From: Penicillus capitatus
Lineage: Eukaryota > Plantae > Chlorophyta
Assembly (NCBI GenBank): GCA_965649825.1
Contig: OZ287701.1
Coordinates: 1,381,539 to 1,445,538, forward strand
Length of the DNA: 64,000 bases
Reading direction: 5' to 3'
Part shown: piece by piece, positions 47,888 to 59,490 of the stretch
Layout: the number at the start of each line of letters is the position of its first letter
Position numbering within the stretch: the stretch's first letter is position 1
Notes under the pieces: model-generated
Database searches by the model: none
Seen by the model: the letters and a program-made list of their open reading frames with translations, nothing else
What the model was told of the DNA's origin: nothing
Made by a program: the position numbers and the translations under genes

Positions 47888-49387
47888 ATGAGACCACGAA
47901 ATGCAGACGTTCATGCAGAGGGACCGGAACACGCGGAACCGATAGCGGCTATTCATGTACGCTGCCACTGGACATGAAACACTTCGTCACAAGGTCTACA
48001 TCTAGACGCAAAGCGTGCTGAAATCGACCATTGAGAAGCTGGCGCTCGTCGGCGCTGTAAAATCCGACGCGCAAGTGAAAAAAGAATGCGAAGATCGAAC
48101 GTCGTCGATCACGCCGATGCTTGTTCTCAGGCGGAGGCTGACGAGCTTGTGACGACAGTGGGCGACGGCATTCTCGAGAAGATCCAGAGACAGAAAACGT
48201 TGGAGCGACAATTCCAACAGGAACGGAGTGGTCAGGAAAGCAAAGTTCGCTCTGTTCGCGACGTGAAGAAGAATGCGGTGTTGTCTCCCTTAGGCGCAAC
48301 TCGACAAAACTTCTGATGCCCTGAAACAGAGCACTCGACAGCTGTGCCAGAATCTGCGAGACAATCCGAATATCGCCGACAATCTGGCTAAAGCCGGCCA
48401 CGTTCGACAGGCGCTGCTCAATCTACTCACGAAAGCATTGCACGAAATGCAAGAGACTCGGCAAATGACTTCGATCGAAGACGCTGTCGAGGCTCACCAG
48501 AAAGCTAAGGTACACCGCAGCACTCCTGCAGATCAGCGAGACAGATTCGAGTCGCAGATTCAAGTAAAAGAGACCGTTGCGCGCGAGAAGCTCGTCTCCG
48601 AGGCCGTAAAGGATCTCAAATGCGACACGAACACCGAAAAGTGGCGCCACGCGGCGGAAGTGCGCATCTGCGAGATGGCCAATGTCTACGCCTTTTGTTC
48701 TCCCGCAGATGAGGAAAAAGAAACGAACGGTCAGAGAACTGAAGGAGACGCTGCGAACAACGAAAATCGAAACGGCGCAGAGGACACGCCTTCATGAAAA
48801 GCAATGCGATGCCGCGAATGAAAACAAGAAGCTTGAAGAGCAGAGGGACCTGGAACGGCTGGAGCGCGAAATCCAATCCAAGATCTTCGAAACCGATTCG
48901 GCCAAAAGAACGCACCAGATTCTCGTCGTCCATCTGCGGCAAGCAGTGGAGAAGCGCATGGGCGATCTGGAGTATTGGAAGAACTACACAGTGGAAAGTC
49001 GAAAGGCAAAAGAGGAGTATCTGAGAGTACTCTCTCCGTTCTCTGTCTTCCTTTTTCTGATCGCGTGCCGTTGCTTCGTAGAACCTGGAAGCCGATCGCG
49101 AACACAGCTTTCAACGGTTGCACGAGATTGAAGGCGCAATCAAGGAGGAGCTGTCCTTGAAACACAACAGAGAATCCCAAGAGAACATAGAGAGAGAAAG
49201 AGAGAACCGCCTTGCATCTACGGCCGAGGCTGCGCGACGTGCTGCGATTCGTATCCAGGCACTGTGGAGAGGATGGAAAGTGAGGTCCATCTTCTTTGAG
49301 TGTCTCTTGGAAATCTGTCTCCGTCAGGCTCGAAAACTTACGAGACCAGCAAAATCGTCAGCCAGGCAGAAGCCAAAGAAGAAGTAG
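47888..49387 (+). CDS. DRC10: Dynein regulatory complex subunit 10 / IQCD-like coiled-coil protein
   Basis: VLKSTIEKLALV, STRQLCQNLRDNPNIADNL, long coiled coil, C-terminal IQ motif AAIRIQALWRGWKVR and Lys-rich tail; spliced frame appears intact. Confidence 0.72.
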
Positions 49388-51620
49388 AGTAGACCCGCGC
49401 TTCGTAAGCGGAATCGGACAAACTGCACGGCGACGCATTCGTTCAAGAAACCAGCGTGTCGCGTGGAGAAGAAGAACGTCGCTATTCCTGCGGATCGCTA
49501 AAACTGCACGAACAGGTGGTGGAGTGCACGAACAGTTTGTAGACTTCCCGTTGCCTCTCCATTAAGGAGTTCGACGCGGATCTTGGCGTCGACGGAACAG
49601 GCGACGCGGAAAACCTGTCACTGAACGACGTACCTCAGAGAGAACATCTCACCACCTTCCCAAGCCAGATGTTCGCATCTCCGCGAGGCAGGCAGAAGAA
49701 CTGTTTCCTGCGGAAGACACTTAGGAGGTCGGAAGAATGCTAGTGCAGGCGTCTCCCCTTACAAGCGTAACGAGCAGTCATGCTCATCGTGTCCAGTGTC
49801 GAATAGCGCTCGTTCTTTCCATCGACAACGACGTTCTTTTCGTCAACGCGCTCGGCAGGACACCAAACTGCCTTACAAACAGATCTAACGATGAACATCT
49901 CATAGACAAGTCGAAACAGACTTCATAGGACATGCCCGCACTGCATCGAAATCAAGAGGCGTCCGAGTTCCCACACCAAGCAAACAACCACCAACCTGCC
50001 TCTTGCAAGATTGCATAATCAAAAATGCCAGCCGAATGACAGGCTCAAGGTAGGACTGAAACAGTGATGTCTAGTCCAAGGAGAAAAAGACAGATCTGGC
50101 ATGCCACAATTCCGGCGATCGTGTCGTGATAAGGTCTTCCAGATGTCAAAACTGGTTTAGAAAAAGCAACAGCCTTCACCGAACTCGCACCAAATGACAG
50201 TCGTCGAGAAAGATACAGACTCCCTAGAAACTCCCATATCGAATTCGTCGCAAGACAGCTGACGAATACTCGACGAAGTTCACTCGCGAAGGTCGTCGGC
50301 CAGCGAGACATCACTTGTTGTCATCTGCTTTCTTCTGATCGCAGGAACCGATGAGCGTTTGATTCTGTCCAAAGGATGATAGTCATCGAAACAATCTTGT
50401 TGAGTCGAAAATTGACAAGATATGCAAACACTCGATTCTCTTGCCGGACCACATCCTGTAGCTTCGTAAAGACTCAAGAGGCTAGAGAGCCAACCACGGT
50501 TGTACGAGGTGGCGGTGACGCAATCGCCGACATCAAGCATTTCCCGCATAACGAGTCCTCCTTGCTGAAGTCGACGTTGCGAACAGTTTATGAGCGGCGA
50601 AAGCTTCGATCGCAATGGCTGGCAGAGACAGCCGCAGGAAAGGAGTGGGTGCGACGGAGATGATGGAACTGTCAAATGGTTCAGATAGTGCACATCATCA
50701 TCGAAATTGTTATCCCTGGGATTGTTTGTTTGGATGATGACGCAGTGAAAGACGCTCTGTTCCTCCATCCTTTTCTCACACTTTTCTGACACCGACTGCG
50801 ATTAAGTCGCCGCTCAGTGCGTCACGTAACTGTGACGTAATCCATCGACGAAAGACAGTCAACGGCCAGTCCGCTTTTCACGCTTTTCAATTCGACGTTT
50901 GTCACCGTCACTGATTTCTTTCGACCTGCCGCCGTATGAAAGAAATCAGTTCTCCGTTCTTCTGCCTCACAAGACGTACGAGTTAAAGGACATTGACAGG
51001 AGACTCGTTAGGCAAGGTACCACCGAGGTTGAGTTGTAATCGAATTCACTTCTGTGAAGAAGAGGCGATTCGTTTGTAGAAAGAGGTTCGTTATATCGAT
51101 TCTTCTCATTGGCCGCCCTCGCCATCGGCTGCAGCAGCAGCAGGTGCTTTTCGGTTTTAAGGAAAACTCAATCAATAAGAGGCAAGGAGGATAAGAGGTG
51201 AAATTCAACAGTCGCCATCGCCCTCTCTTTCGAGTACTGCCCTGCAGACTCGGTGTCAAAACTTTTTCAGGATGAAGTCGATGTTGTCAAGTCCTTATGA
51301 ACAACGACCTCCAAAACCCGTTTTCAAGAAATGGAAAACGAGAAGAAAGGAAAGAGACAGAGAGAGGCCTTCAGTGTCATTGACGCGGGTACAACAACAC
51401 CATCAATTGATTGTCATGCTAAAATGAAAGCTACACAGGCAAAGTCAGTTTCTGAGTTTTCGTTACATGTCAGAGAAGCGAAGAATCAGGTGAATCCATT
51501 GAGTGTGACTCTGGACGTCCGGCAGGTGAGCTACCACGATTACGCCCTTTTCTCTGCAAAACTTAGTTGAACATGTGCCAATAGCTAAGAAGAAGCACGG
51601 TTAAAGGTCTGAATGTCGAC

Positions 51621-54080
51621 ATGTCTCGACGAAAACAAACCAAGCATCCAAATCGAATATTCGAAGAGGTTGAAGCCTCGACGTGTCGGAGAAGTCGACT
51701 GAAACACAAAACAGAATACGGTTCGCCGAATGAAACGCGAAGGGCCCGTAGAGCCAATCATGAAAGCAACACGAATGGGCATGGCAGTGATGCAAGTGTT
51801 CGGAAACGATCAAATCTGTCTGGAAGACTTACTTATAGATCAGGCGCATTTGAGAAGCAAGTGAGACAGATCGAAGCACGTTTCAAAGGGGAACGTCTGC
51901 AGAACGATACTGCAAGAACGACTACCGAGCATACAACGACCCCAAACGGGCCCAAATCTTCACGGCGGTCAATTGTAGGGAATGACAATTCTCATGAAAG
52001 ACCCAAATCTTCTCAGAAAGTGGATAACAGGAATGAAACCTATCCAAACGACAGTCACGAAGTCTTGGTGTTGATTCCGTCTAGAATGCATGAATCAATA
52101 AGCGGAGTCAGCGATTCTGGACCTGACCTGATGGGGAATGAAGTCAGCGATTCTGCATCCGATAACCCGACAGACAGCGGAGTCAACGACTCTGGCCCTG
52201 ACGTGATGGGGAATGGAGTCAGCGATTCTGCATCCGATAACCCGACAGACGGCGGAGTCAACGAGTCTGCATCCGATAACCCGACAGACGGCGGAGTCAG
52301 CGACTCTGCATCCGATAACCTGGCAGACAGCGGAGTCAGCGACTCTGGCCCTGACCTGATGGGGAATGAAGTCAGCGATTCTGCATCCGATAACCCGACA
52401 GACGGCGGAGTCAACGACTCTGGCCCTGACGTGATGGGGAATGGAGTCAGCGATTCTGCATCCGATAACCCGACAGACGGCGGAGTCAGCGATTCTGCAT
52501 CCGATAACCCGACAGACGGCGGAGTCAACGATTCTGCATCCGATAACCCGACAGACGGCGGAGTCAACGATTCTGCATCCGATAACCCGACAGACGGCGG
52601 AGTCAACGAGTCTGCATCCGATAACCCGACAGACGGCGGAGTCAACGATTCTGCATCCGATAACCCGACAGACGGCGGAGTCAACGAGTCTGCATCCGAT
52701 AACCCGACAGACGGCGGAGTCAGCGATTCTGCATCCGATAACTCTTTTGTTAGTATTACAGATCTCGTATCGGCAATGAACGAGTGTAGAAGCCCAGAGA
52801 AATTGGAGTTGTTGATAAAATGGGCATATAATTGGATGGAATATTTCTCTGCAGATAAACTTAATTCCTCCACGAAAAAAGAGCTCGGCGACTATTTTGC
52901 ATTTGCTGGCGTCAAGGCAGATGTTGATCATCCCTCGAAAGATGAATTTTCACTTACGTGGTTCAAAAAGATTGCCAAATATGTGACCACAGGCCAAATC
53001 AAGCAGGAGCCTATGCTCGAAGTTTTTGAACGTGCATTGTACCGAATCGATCATCGAGTGTTCGGTGGCAATCCAGCTTCCCTCATCCCTCTCATTCATT
53101 ATTGGATCCACAAAAAATTGTACGAGGAGAGCACTTGCTGGACAGAGGGAACGCATGCGACACATAGAATTATTCTGCGTTGTGCTCGTTCTGCGATGAT
53201 CGTTGCTGGCAAAGTTGAGCCCAAGTCGTGGGACCCAGTCGACGACAATAGTCCTTATCGGATGCTGCAAAAAGATCTTGAAAAATTAAAGCAGAGAGTG
53301 ATTTTCTACCCGACAGTCTTTGAGATTCAGCTGGTGGCAGAGACTATGAAGCAGCTGGTGATATCAGGATTCCAAACAGATTGGAAATTGTTTCTGCGCA
53401 AAACCCAAGCAGGAACGGCGGCATTGTTATGTGCAGTCAGCGTCGTCAAGAATGCCATCACTCTGAGCATTGATCCCGTCAATCTGAGGACTTGTGCGGA
53501 TTATCTCTCCGAAGCTGTCAGGCCAGTTTCCCAAAAGCCCGAAGACTGGTTCATCAGATATCAATCATTAAACGAAGCATACGTTCAGGTGCTCGAAGAC
53601 CCATCAAACTATGCAGTGTTCTTGGAGGAAATCAAGACAAGCACACAGAAAGAACGGAGATGGTACGGAATTTTCGGAAGTCGGTCTAGAGGCGAAAAGG
53701 CATTGGCGTGTGGGATCGTGGATTTGTTAAGTCAGTTGGCTGTCTACTCTGTTGACGATCAGGTCAGGGATAGCAGTGTAGCCGAACTGCGTCGTATGCA
53801 AGAAGATTGGCTTAAAGATAAAGACATTCTCCACCAAATGAGGCGAAGCTTTCGAGTCATTGCAGAGCAAGTGCGAAACGAGAGCTCCAAAAAAGCGCTT
53901 CCCTGGCCCAAGCAATGCCATCGTTTACATGCGTCGATCGATCCCCCTGACGTGGTCGGATCACAGGGCGTTGACAAAACTGTGGAACGTTGGCGTGATC
54001 GTTTTGCGAAGAACAGCTTCGTTAAGTGGATGGATACGTCCAATTCGCAAAGAACTCGGAATCGTTCACTAAGACAATGA
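51621..54080 (+). CDS. Intronless 819-aa protein: basic N-terminus, Asp/Ser tandem repeat, helical ARM-like C-terminal domain
   Basis: Long uninterrupted ORF with a non-repetitive helical C-terminal half (e.g. KALACGIVDLLSQLAVYSVDDQVRDSSVAELRRMQ); family not securely identified. Confidence 0.7.
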   Translation: MSRRKQTKHPNRIFEEVEASTCRRSRLKHKTEYGSPNETRRARRANHESNTNGHGSDASVRKRSNLSGRLTYRSGAFEKQVRQIEARFKGERLQNDTARTTTEHTTTPNGPKSSRRSIVGNDNSHERPKSSQKVDNRNETYPNDSHEVLVLIPSRMHESISGVSDSGPDLMGNEVSDSASDNPTDSGVNDSGPDVMGNGVSDSASDNPTDGGVNESASDNPTDGGVSDSASDNLADSGVSDSGPDLMGNEVSDSASDNPTDGGVNDSGPDVMGNGVSDSASDNPTDGGVSDSASDNPTDGGVNDSASDNPTDGGVNDSASDNPTDGGVNESASDNPTDGGVNDSASDNPTDGGVNESASDNPTDGGVSDSASDNSFVSITDLVSAMNECRSPEKLELLIKWAYNWMEYFSADKLNSSTKKELGDYFAFAGVKADVDHPSKDEFSLTWFKKIAKYVTTGQIKQEPMLEVFERALYRIDHRVFGGNPASLIPLIHYWIHKKLYEESTCWTEGTHATHRIILRCARSAMIVAGKVEPKSWDPVDDNSPYRMLQKDLEKLKQRVIFYPTVFEIQLVAETMKQLVISGFQTDWKLFLRKTQAGTAALLCAVSVVKNAITLSIDPVNLRTCADYLSEAVRPVSQKPEDWFIRYQSLNEAYVQVLEDPSNYAVFLEEIKTSTQKERRWYGIFGSRSRGEKALACGIVDLLSQLAVYSVDDQVRDSSVAELRRMQEDWLKDKDILHQMRRSFRVIAEQVRNESSKKALPWPKQCHRLHASIDPPDVVGSQGVDKTVERWRDRFAKNSFVKWMDTSNSQRTRNRSLRQ
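52110..52742 (+). repeat. Coding minisatellite of two unit types (39 nt and 36 nt)
   Basis: 12 full plus 1 partial copies of [SN][DE]SASDNPTDGGV and 4 copies of [SN]DSGPD[LV]MGN[EG]V; 12x39+4x36+21 = 633 nt. Confidence 0.95.
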
Positions 54081-56230
54081 ACACCGTGGTCAAGAGCACG
54101 AAATGCTTCAAGAAGGTTAAAAAACCTTCCCGGTCGAGATAGGAGAATTTGGCTCTGTCAGTCTGAAGGTCTTCGCATCAAGTCTTGTCACACAAAATCT
54201 GCTTTATCAAATCCACCTAGCATCATGACACTATCTGCATCCATTCGTGAGGATAGCAAGTATGAGCACAGCCAAATTTCCTGCGTGATAGAGCTACTTT
54301 ACAATTCAAACATCTATTATCTGTTGTGGCCTATGTGTGATATTTCGTACCGTTGACACAGGGTCTTGATAAGGACCGACGATGTTTCTCGCTCCATTTC
54401 TTATCCTAGAACTGCGTCATTTGTTAGTTTTCTTTTTTCTTTCTTGGACTACGTTGCTTTCATTGAAACGCATATTTATATCTAATTTAGTTGGATACGT
54501 ATACTGCTTAAGTTGAATGAACGTTGTACACATTATAAGATTACCATCAACGCTCCAATGCGGAACGTCGTCGTCCCCATGTGCACCGATTCGTCATCAT
54601 TCTAATCTTGTTTGACACAACAAGCATTTTTATGCCTATAAGATCTTTTTGTATAGATTTATTTAAGACGTTGCCCTTACAGCTGATATACACCGAATGT
54701 GTGTCTCTTGCGACATTCTTCCATTGCCTCGGGGGCAAAATCTTATGTTCAACCTGGACTGCACAATACTGTAACGTTTGACCGCTGCGTATGCACGGAT
54801 TAGACGCTGTCCGGAGGAAGGAATTCTCGAACGGTTGAACTCCAGGCTTTTACGGGACACTGGTTTCCAAACCTGCTCATTGGCGTGTTGAAGAACACCA
54901 CAGAAAATGGATCTAGGTTTTCCAATGTAATTTCGAAACGGCATTCGCCAATTGTACTGACTTTTAACCCTGATACCGCAATGTAAGGGATCCCCATTTG
55001 TCCATCACACAGTGCAGCACCCTACCTTCTTTCGCCTATGTTCTCCTGCGAACTGATTTGTCAATGGCATTCGCCATGCTTAATGCCTTGCAGAGCGTCT
55101 CCTTTGTGAGCAGGAAATCTGTGCAGAAGCTTGATGCGAAATGTCAACAATCGATTCCAAAAGAGTGAGTCCTGCTCTTTGAGAAAGCAGTAAGTAGGCT
55201 GATTGCCGCGTCATACTTTGGCAGACTGACATTCTTGCTGCCTTTCATGCCGTCATGACACCTCTACTCAATCTTCCAACGTCTCGGGAGGTAGCCTTCC
55301 AATAGAATGCTTCGTCGCGGCGCAATGTCCGACAACGTCTAATCCGAAGCTCTTCGTTTCGATTCTTTTTTAATCTCTCTTGCTGAAACTAAGGCTGTGA
55401 AAGGAAGAGTAGTTGCCAGAGAGTTGCCGTCTATACAACGCAATCGATTGTGCCGGACACCGGCAGGATGGATGGCAGAAAGTCCATGCAGAGCAGTAGA
55501 CATGTCATGTCTCGCCGTGGCTGCGAAGATGGTAGATGAAAGAAGTGGGCAGTAGTCATGCTGTACAGAGAGATGAGATACGCCAACTGTGTACTGCTGG
55601 AGTTGGGATCGACGATCGCCCAATCGACACGACATCACACTGTCGGCAGCTCCAATTGAGTTGATTAGACCTGGAGATCGGCTCTTTGCACTGCACAACG
55701 CAGAACCGAGAGGAGAAAGACTGTGTAAGTACATACATCCTCATGCCTACCTCCTCAGAGCAGACAGCATTAGGTTGATAGTGATCCATCTCATTTCTCT
55801 GCATGCTCATCATGCATTCCTCGCAGATGAGATCAGGAAGAAGGACACCGACGAAACGGCGACTTCCAAGGAAAGTATCCTTTAAAAGATGATGGACGGA
55901 ACTTGAAGTGTCTCGACTTCAACCGCCGCACAGTGGCTTGGAATGTCATGTCCAACGTCGGTAAGTCTGGGGAGAGATGTCGAGAGGACGATGGTCTGTG
56001 AATTAAGGTCGCCTGTATTCCGACAGAGTCGAAGGCATTCTCACACTTTCAATTGCCTCCCAAGTACATTGCGCCGACAAATATTCAACACTTCATTTAG
56101 AAGCCGGTCTGTTTGATTTTACTTTCTTGTGCTCGTACACATATGTATCGATCCAACGAAAGAGATTGCTTGTTTTCTATGGGCCGTCGTTTGTGACTAT
56201 TTTGCTGGAATGACCATCGATTCCCACAAG

Positions 56231-58140
56231 TTAAATCCCTTTCTTCGTGTCTTCGCAGAGCGCCATTTCATCTTTTGCCCTGACGGAGACATCTGGCGCC
56301 GTCGTATCTTCGATTGGGATCACACGATCATCATCCATTTCGGCAGCTTCAGCAGAATCCTCGTCCGTCGATTCCTGAGAAGAGATATCTTCTGTCTCGA
56401 AATACCTCCGCAATTGCCAGGAGGCCGTGCGCTTTATCCAACGCTCATCGTGATCTGCCAACATGATAAGTTTATGTTTGCCTCCGGCGTTGCAGATGCG
56501 TGGGCCACTCCGTATTGAAACAACCGGAACTGATGCGTTGATGCTCGACACGCACACCTTTTTCTCTTTCTTAGAGGACGTATCGGCACGGTAGGACTCG
56601 CCAACCGTCGAGAGGTTGTAAAATTTTTGTGCGCTGGGTCTGCTGCTCACCGTTAAGACCTACATACCGAGCACCATATGATACGCATCATCATTCTCCA
56701 ACGATGTCGGACCTTCTCAAGTGCTTCCGGTACACTGATCACCGTCTTGGTTTCTTGCCTTGTGAACATCGCACAGAGCACGCGGATAGTATCTGCTCCA
56801 ATCAAATCACCCAAACCTACCAGCGGTAGATCACCAGTGGCAGATCTGTAACACAGAACACGTTTATCAGCACAGCGCTGGTTTCGATCTTGGTATTATA
56901 TGTGCCGTAGATGACCGGCTCCATGATCTCGGGTACGATACCAGAGGAGATGATTTTGTTCACCTTTAGTTCACCTGCCACCCGCATGGCACGAAGCAGT
57001 CAACATGGTCGAGTGAGGAAGGATCGGGACAGACCACTCGATATCTGTTGGCTGTGATGTTTTGTAGCGTTTTAAGAATACTGGACATCGTTTTCTTGTT
57101 GATGCGAGACCCGATCAATTTCTCGAGCTTTGGTAGAGTGCCATCCGTCGATACAAACTCTAGTATATAGCTTTCAGGTCCAGACGGCAGTTGGGCACAA
57201 GCTTTGGACATTGAATAGTACAATGTCTGTCGTTCCGTGTAGCTAAACATCAAACGCAACGCCATCTCTTGAGTGATCCACGGAAGGCGAGTGGCATGCG
57301 TACACGAGTGCATCTGCCGGGAGCTTCAGGACACCACACTGTACCGAAATCTGTTTCGTTCGCAGCAGGTTCCACTCCTCCGTCGTGAAAAATGCGATGG
57401 CCCATGCAGCTTCGCTGAGAACTTGACGATATCCATGCTTCATCAGTGTACAGAGCTGCTTGCCGATGCGAGTAATGTAGTCTTAAGATGCACAGGTATC
57501 CGTCCAAACCATTCACAGAACAAAGCGAAGGGTGACAGATGCAAGCCCCGATGGCTTCTGAGCCGTATCTGCAAAAATTCGCCAGTGCCCAAGTCGAAAT
57601 GCGTTTCAAACATAGATCGCCTCTGTTCACCATCTCTAACGCATGCAAAACCATATCGAGTGCTCCTTCCTCCACCAGCGCCTTTAAGAAACTTTTCTAC
57701 TGCCATATTCCCGATCGCCGATAAGGCCTGAAAACAACGGCGACCAAAAAATCTCGCTCTCAGTGGATTGAGCCACAAACACAGACAGACCTTTTCTTTC
57801 AGATCCGCGTTGCTTCTAGAAATCAAGTTCATCAGCAGTGGTAGGGCACCGTTTTCGATGACAACCCGCGTTTCCTGGCACGAACCGGCAGAGATGTTTG
57901 CCAATGCCCAGCCGCCTCCACCTACACAGACCACCCACCTGTCACATCATCTCCTTCGAAAAAACAACGACCCCTCACTTGCAAGCTTTCACTGTCATCT
58001 GCCCTCAGAGCTTACACAAAGTAAGGCACGTGTCCTATGATAATGATGTTCTGCACATGGGGGTTAATATCTGCATCGTCAGTCGCACACCCCGTGCCTC
58101 ATCTGATGAATTTACGAAACGATCCACACATTCACAGCAC
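56231..58140 (-). pseudogene. Divergent importin-alpha (ARM repeat) pseudogene with introns retained
   Basis: FRKF, GHVPYFV*ALRADDSESLQ (TAA 58012-58014), VEA[-1]WALANISAG, ALSAIGNMA[+1]KALVEEGAL, STWALANFCR, LSEAAWAIAF, IISSGIVPEI, GGKHKLIMLADHD...RRYFETED follow importin-alpha ARM order. An IBB-like stretch may extend to ~58480. Confidence 0.75.
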
Positions 58141-58519
58141 AGCTTTCTGTAATACTGTATTCCAATGAGATGTGTTTTCCTGTCGCTACTGTTTTTGGCA
58201 AAGGTCGCGAGGTCGGCCTCTTTTATCGATTTTATTAGTGATCTGTCTTTGACGCAGAGCTAATTCGGCCAGTGATGATGCCTTTCAGACGTATCCGAGC
58301 TGCAATGCGGCACGTACTTGCATTCCGTCGAGTCCCTTAATGCCCGCGCCTCGACCTACACCTCGAGACGCTTCCTTCTGTCTTCGAATTCGCGACACTT
58401 CGGCATAACGACGATGATTGTGAACGCGGAGATAATACGCGGGACGGCAAAGGGCATGCTGCTCAATGTAAAAGATGTCGAGCATGCTTCATGGAATGTG
58501 TCGGAACGCGCGAGGTGTA

Positions 58520-59490
58520 TACGGTTCGGACATTATCCCGATCACACGCCTACATGCGTCCCGTCCGACAGAGATTCGTTTCCACTTCATCGGCAATCGA
58601 CAGCACATTTTATCTCTTCGGCAATGCCGCCACTTTAGCCAGATATCCTTTATCGGGCACCGCGACGTCCGCTTCACCATTGATCGGCTCCAGCATAAAC
58701 GCAGCGATGCGGAGATTCGATTGGAATTTGGCTTCCAGTTATGCGATATCGTTGAAAGGGATGGTTTCGAATCCAGGCATGAAGGGACCTGTCGTGATAT
58801 CCCTGCATCATCCCTAGGCATAGATGGTGGGTGCCATACCGTAGTCCATGTAGCATGTCGGATTCGTTGGGGAACAGATGGCTGAGAGGATACGGTTCCG
58901 GAATCATTTCTCGGCAGAGAGGACCACTGCTTTGTTCGGCGGGATGCCTTTCGCACGGTATCTCATCGCCTGTGCTATTCCGAGTCCACATGTATTGCCT
59001 ACCGTATGCGTCATGTGACAACCGTGCTAGTTTGGCAGCCATCTCGCCTCCTTCGACGCCGGTATTCATCGACGGGAATTTATCATAGTCTGACACGCGA
59101 TGCACGAACTCCTCATACTCTCTCAGTACATTTACGCCGAGTCACATCATGTCACCTCAAAGAGAGACCGAAGGCTGCATTCGTAACATATGTAGAATGC
59201 TTGGGATTGGGAGGTCAGCGTCAGTTTCTGCGCTTGTGGTACCAGTGCCTCGACAATCTGTCAAGCGCTGAAGTGATAGGACAGCTCTCGGAGATGGCAT
59301 CACGTATGAAGTGCACGTACTCTTAAATGACAGTGTCTTTAATGAGGGCCGTGTAGCTGCTCGGACATTCGTCGTACCTCTTTACATCAACAATTCCAGA
59401 CAAAAACACCGCGACCTCTTTCCAGCACGACGGACAGGGGTTCGTAGCCGTGCGCACTGAAAATCTCTTCGCAGTCGATCACCTTCATCC
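58520..59490 (-). pseudogene. OAT: Ornithine aminotransferase pseudogene, 3'-truncated, introns retained
   Basis: SAHGYEPLSVVLERGRGVFVW, QAQKLTLTS(QSQ)AFY, DYDKFPSMNTGVEGGEMAAKLAR, GPFMPGFETIPFNDIA*LE...AAFMLEPINGEADVAVPDKGYL...R*NVLSIADEVETNLCRTGRM*; several in-frame stops; no PLP-lysine exon found downstream. Confidence 0.88.

Noticed and set aside
52110-52742. CRISPR-like appearance of the regular repeat
   Set aside because: Units are contiguous with no unique spacers, lengths are multiples of three inside an ORF, and there are no cas genes; it is a coding minisatellite. The antisense ORFs 52055..52873 and 52095..52931 are by-products.
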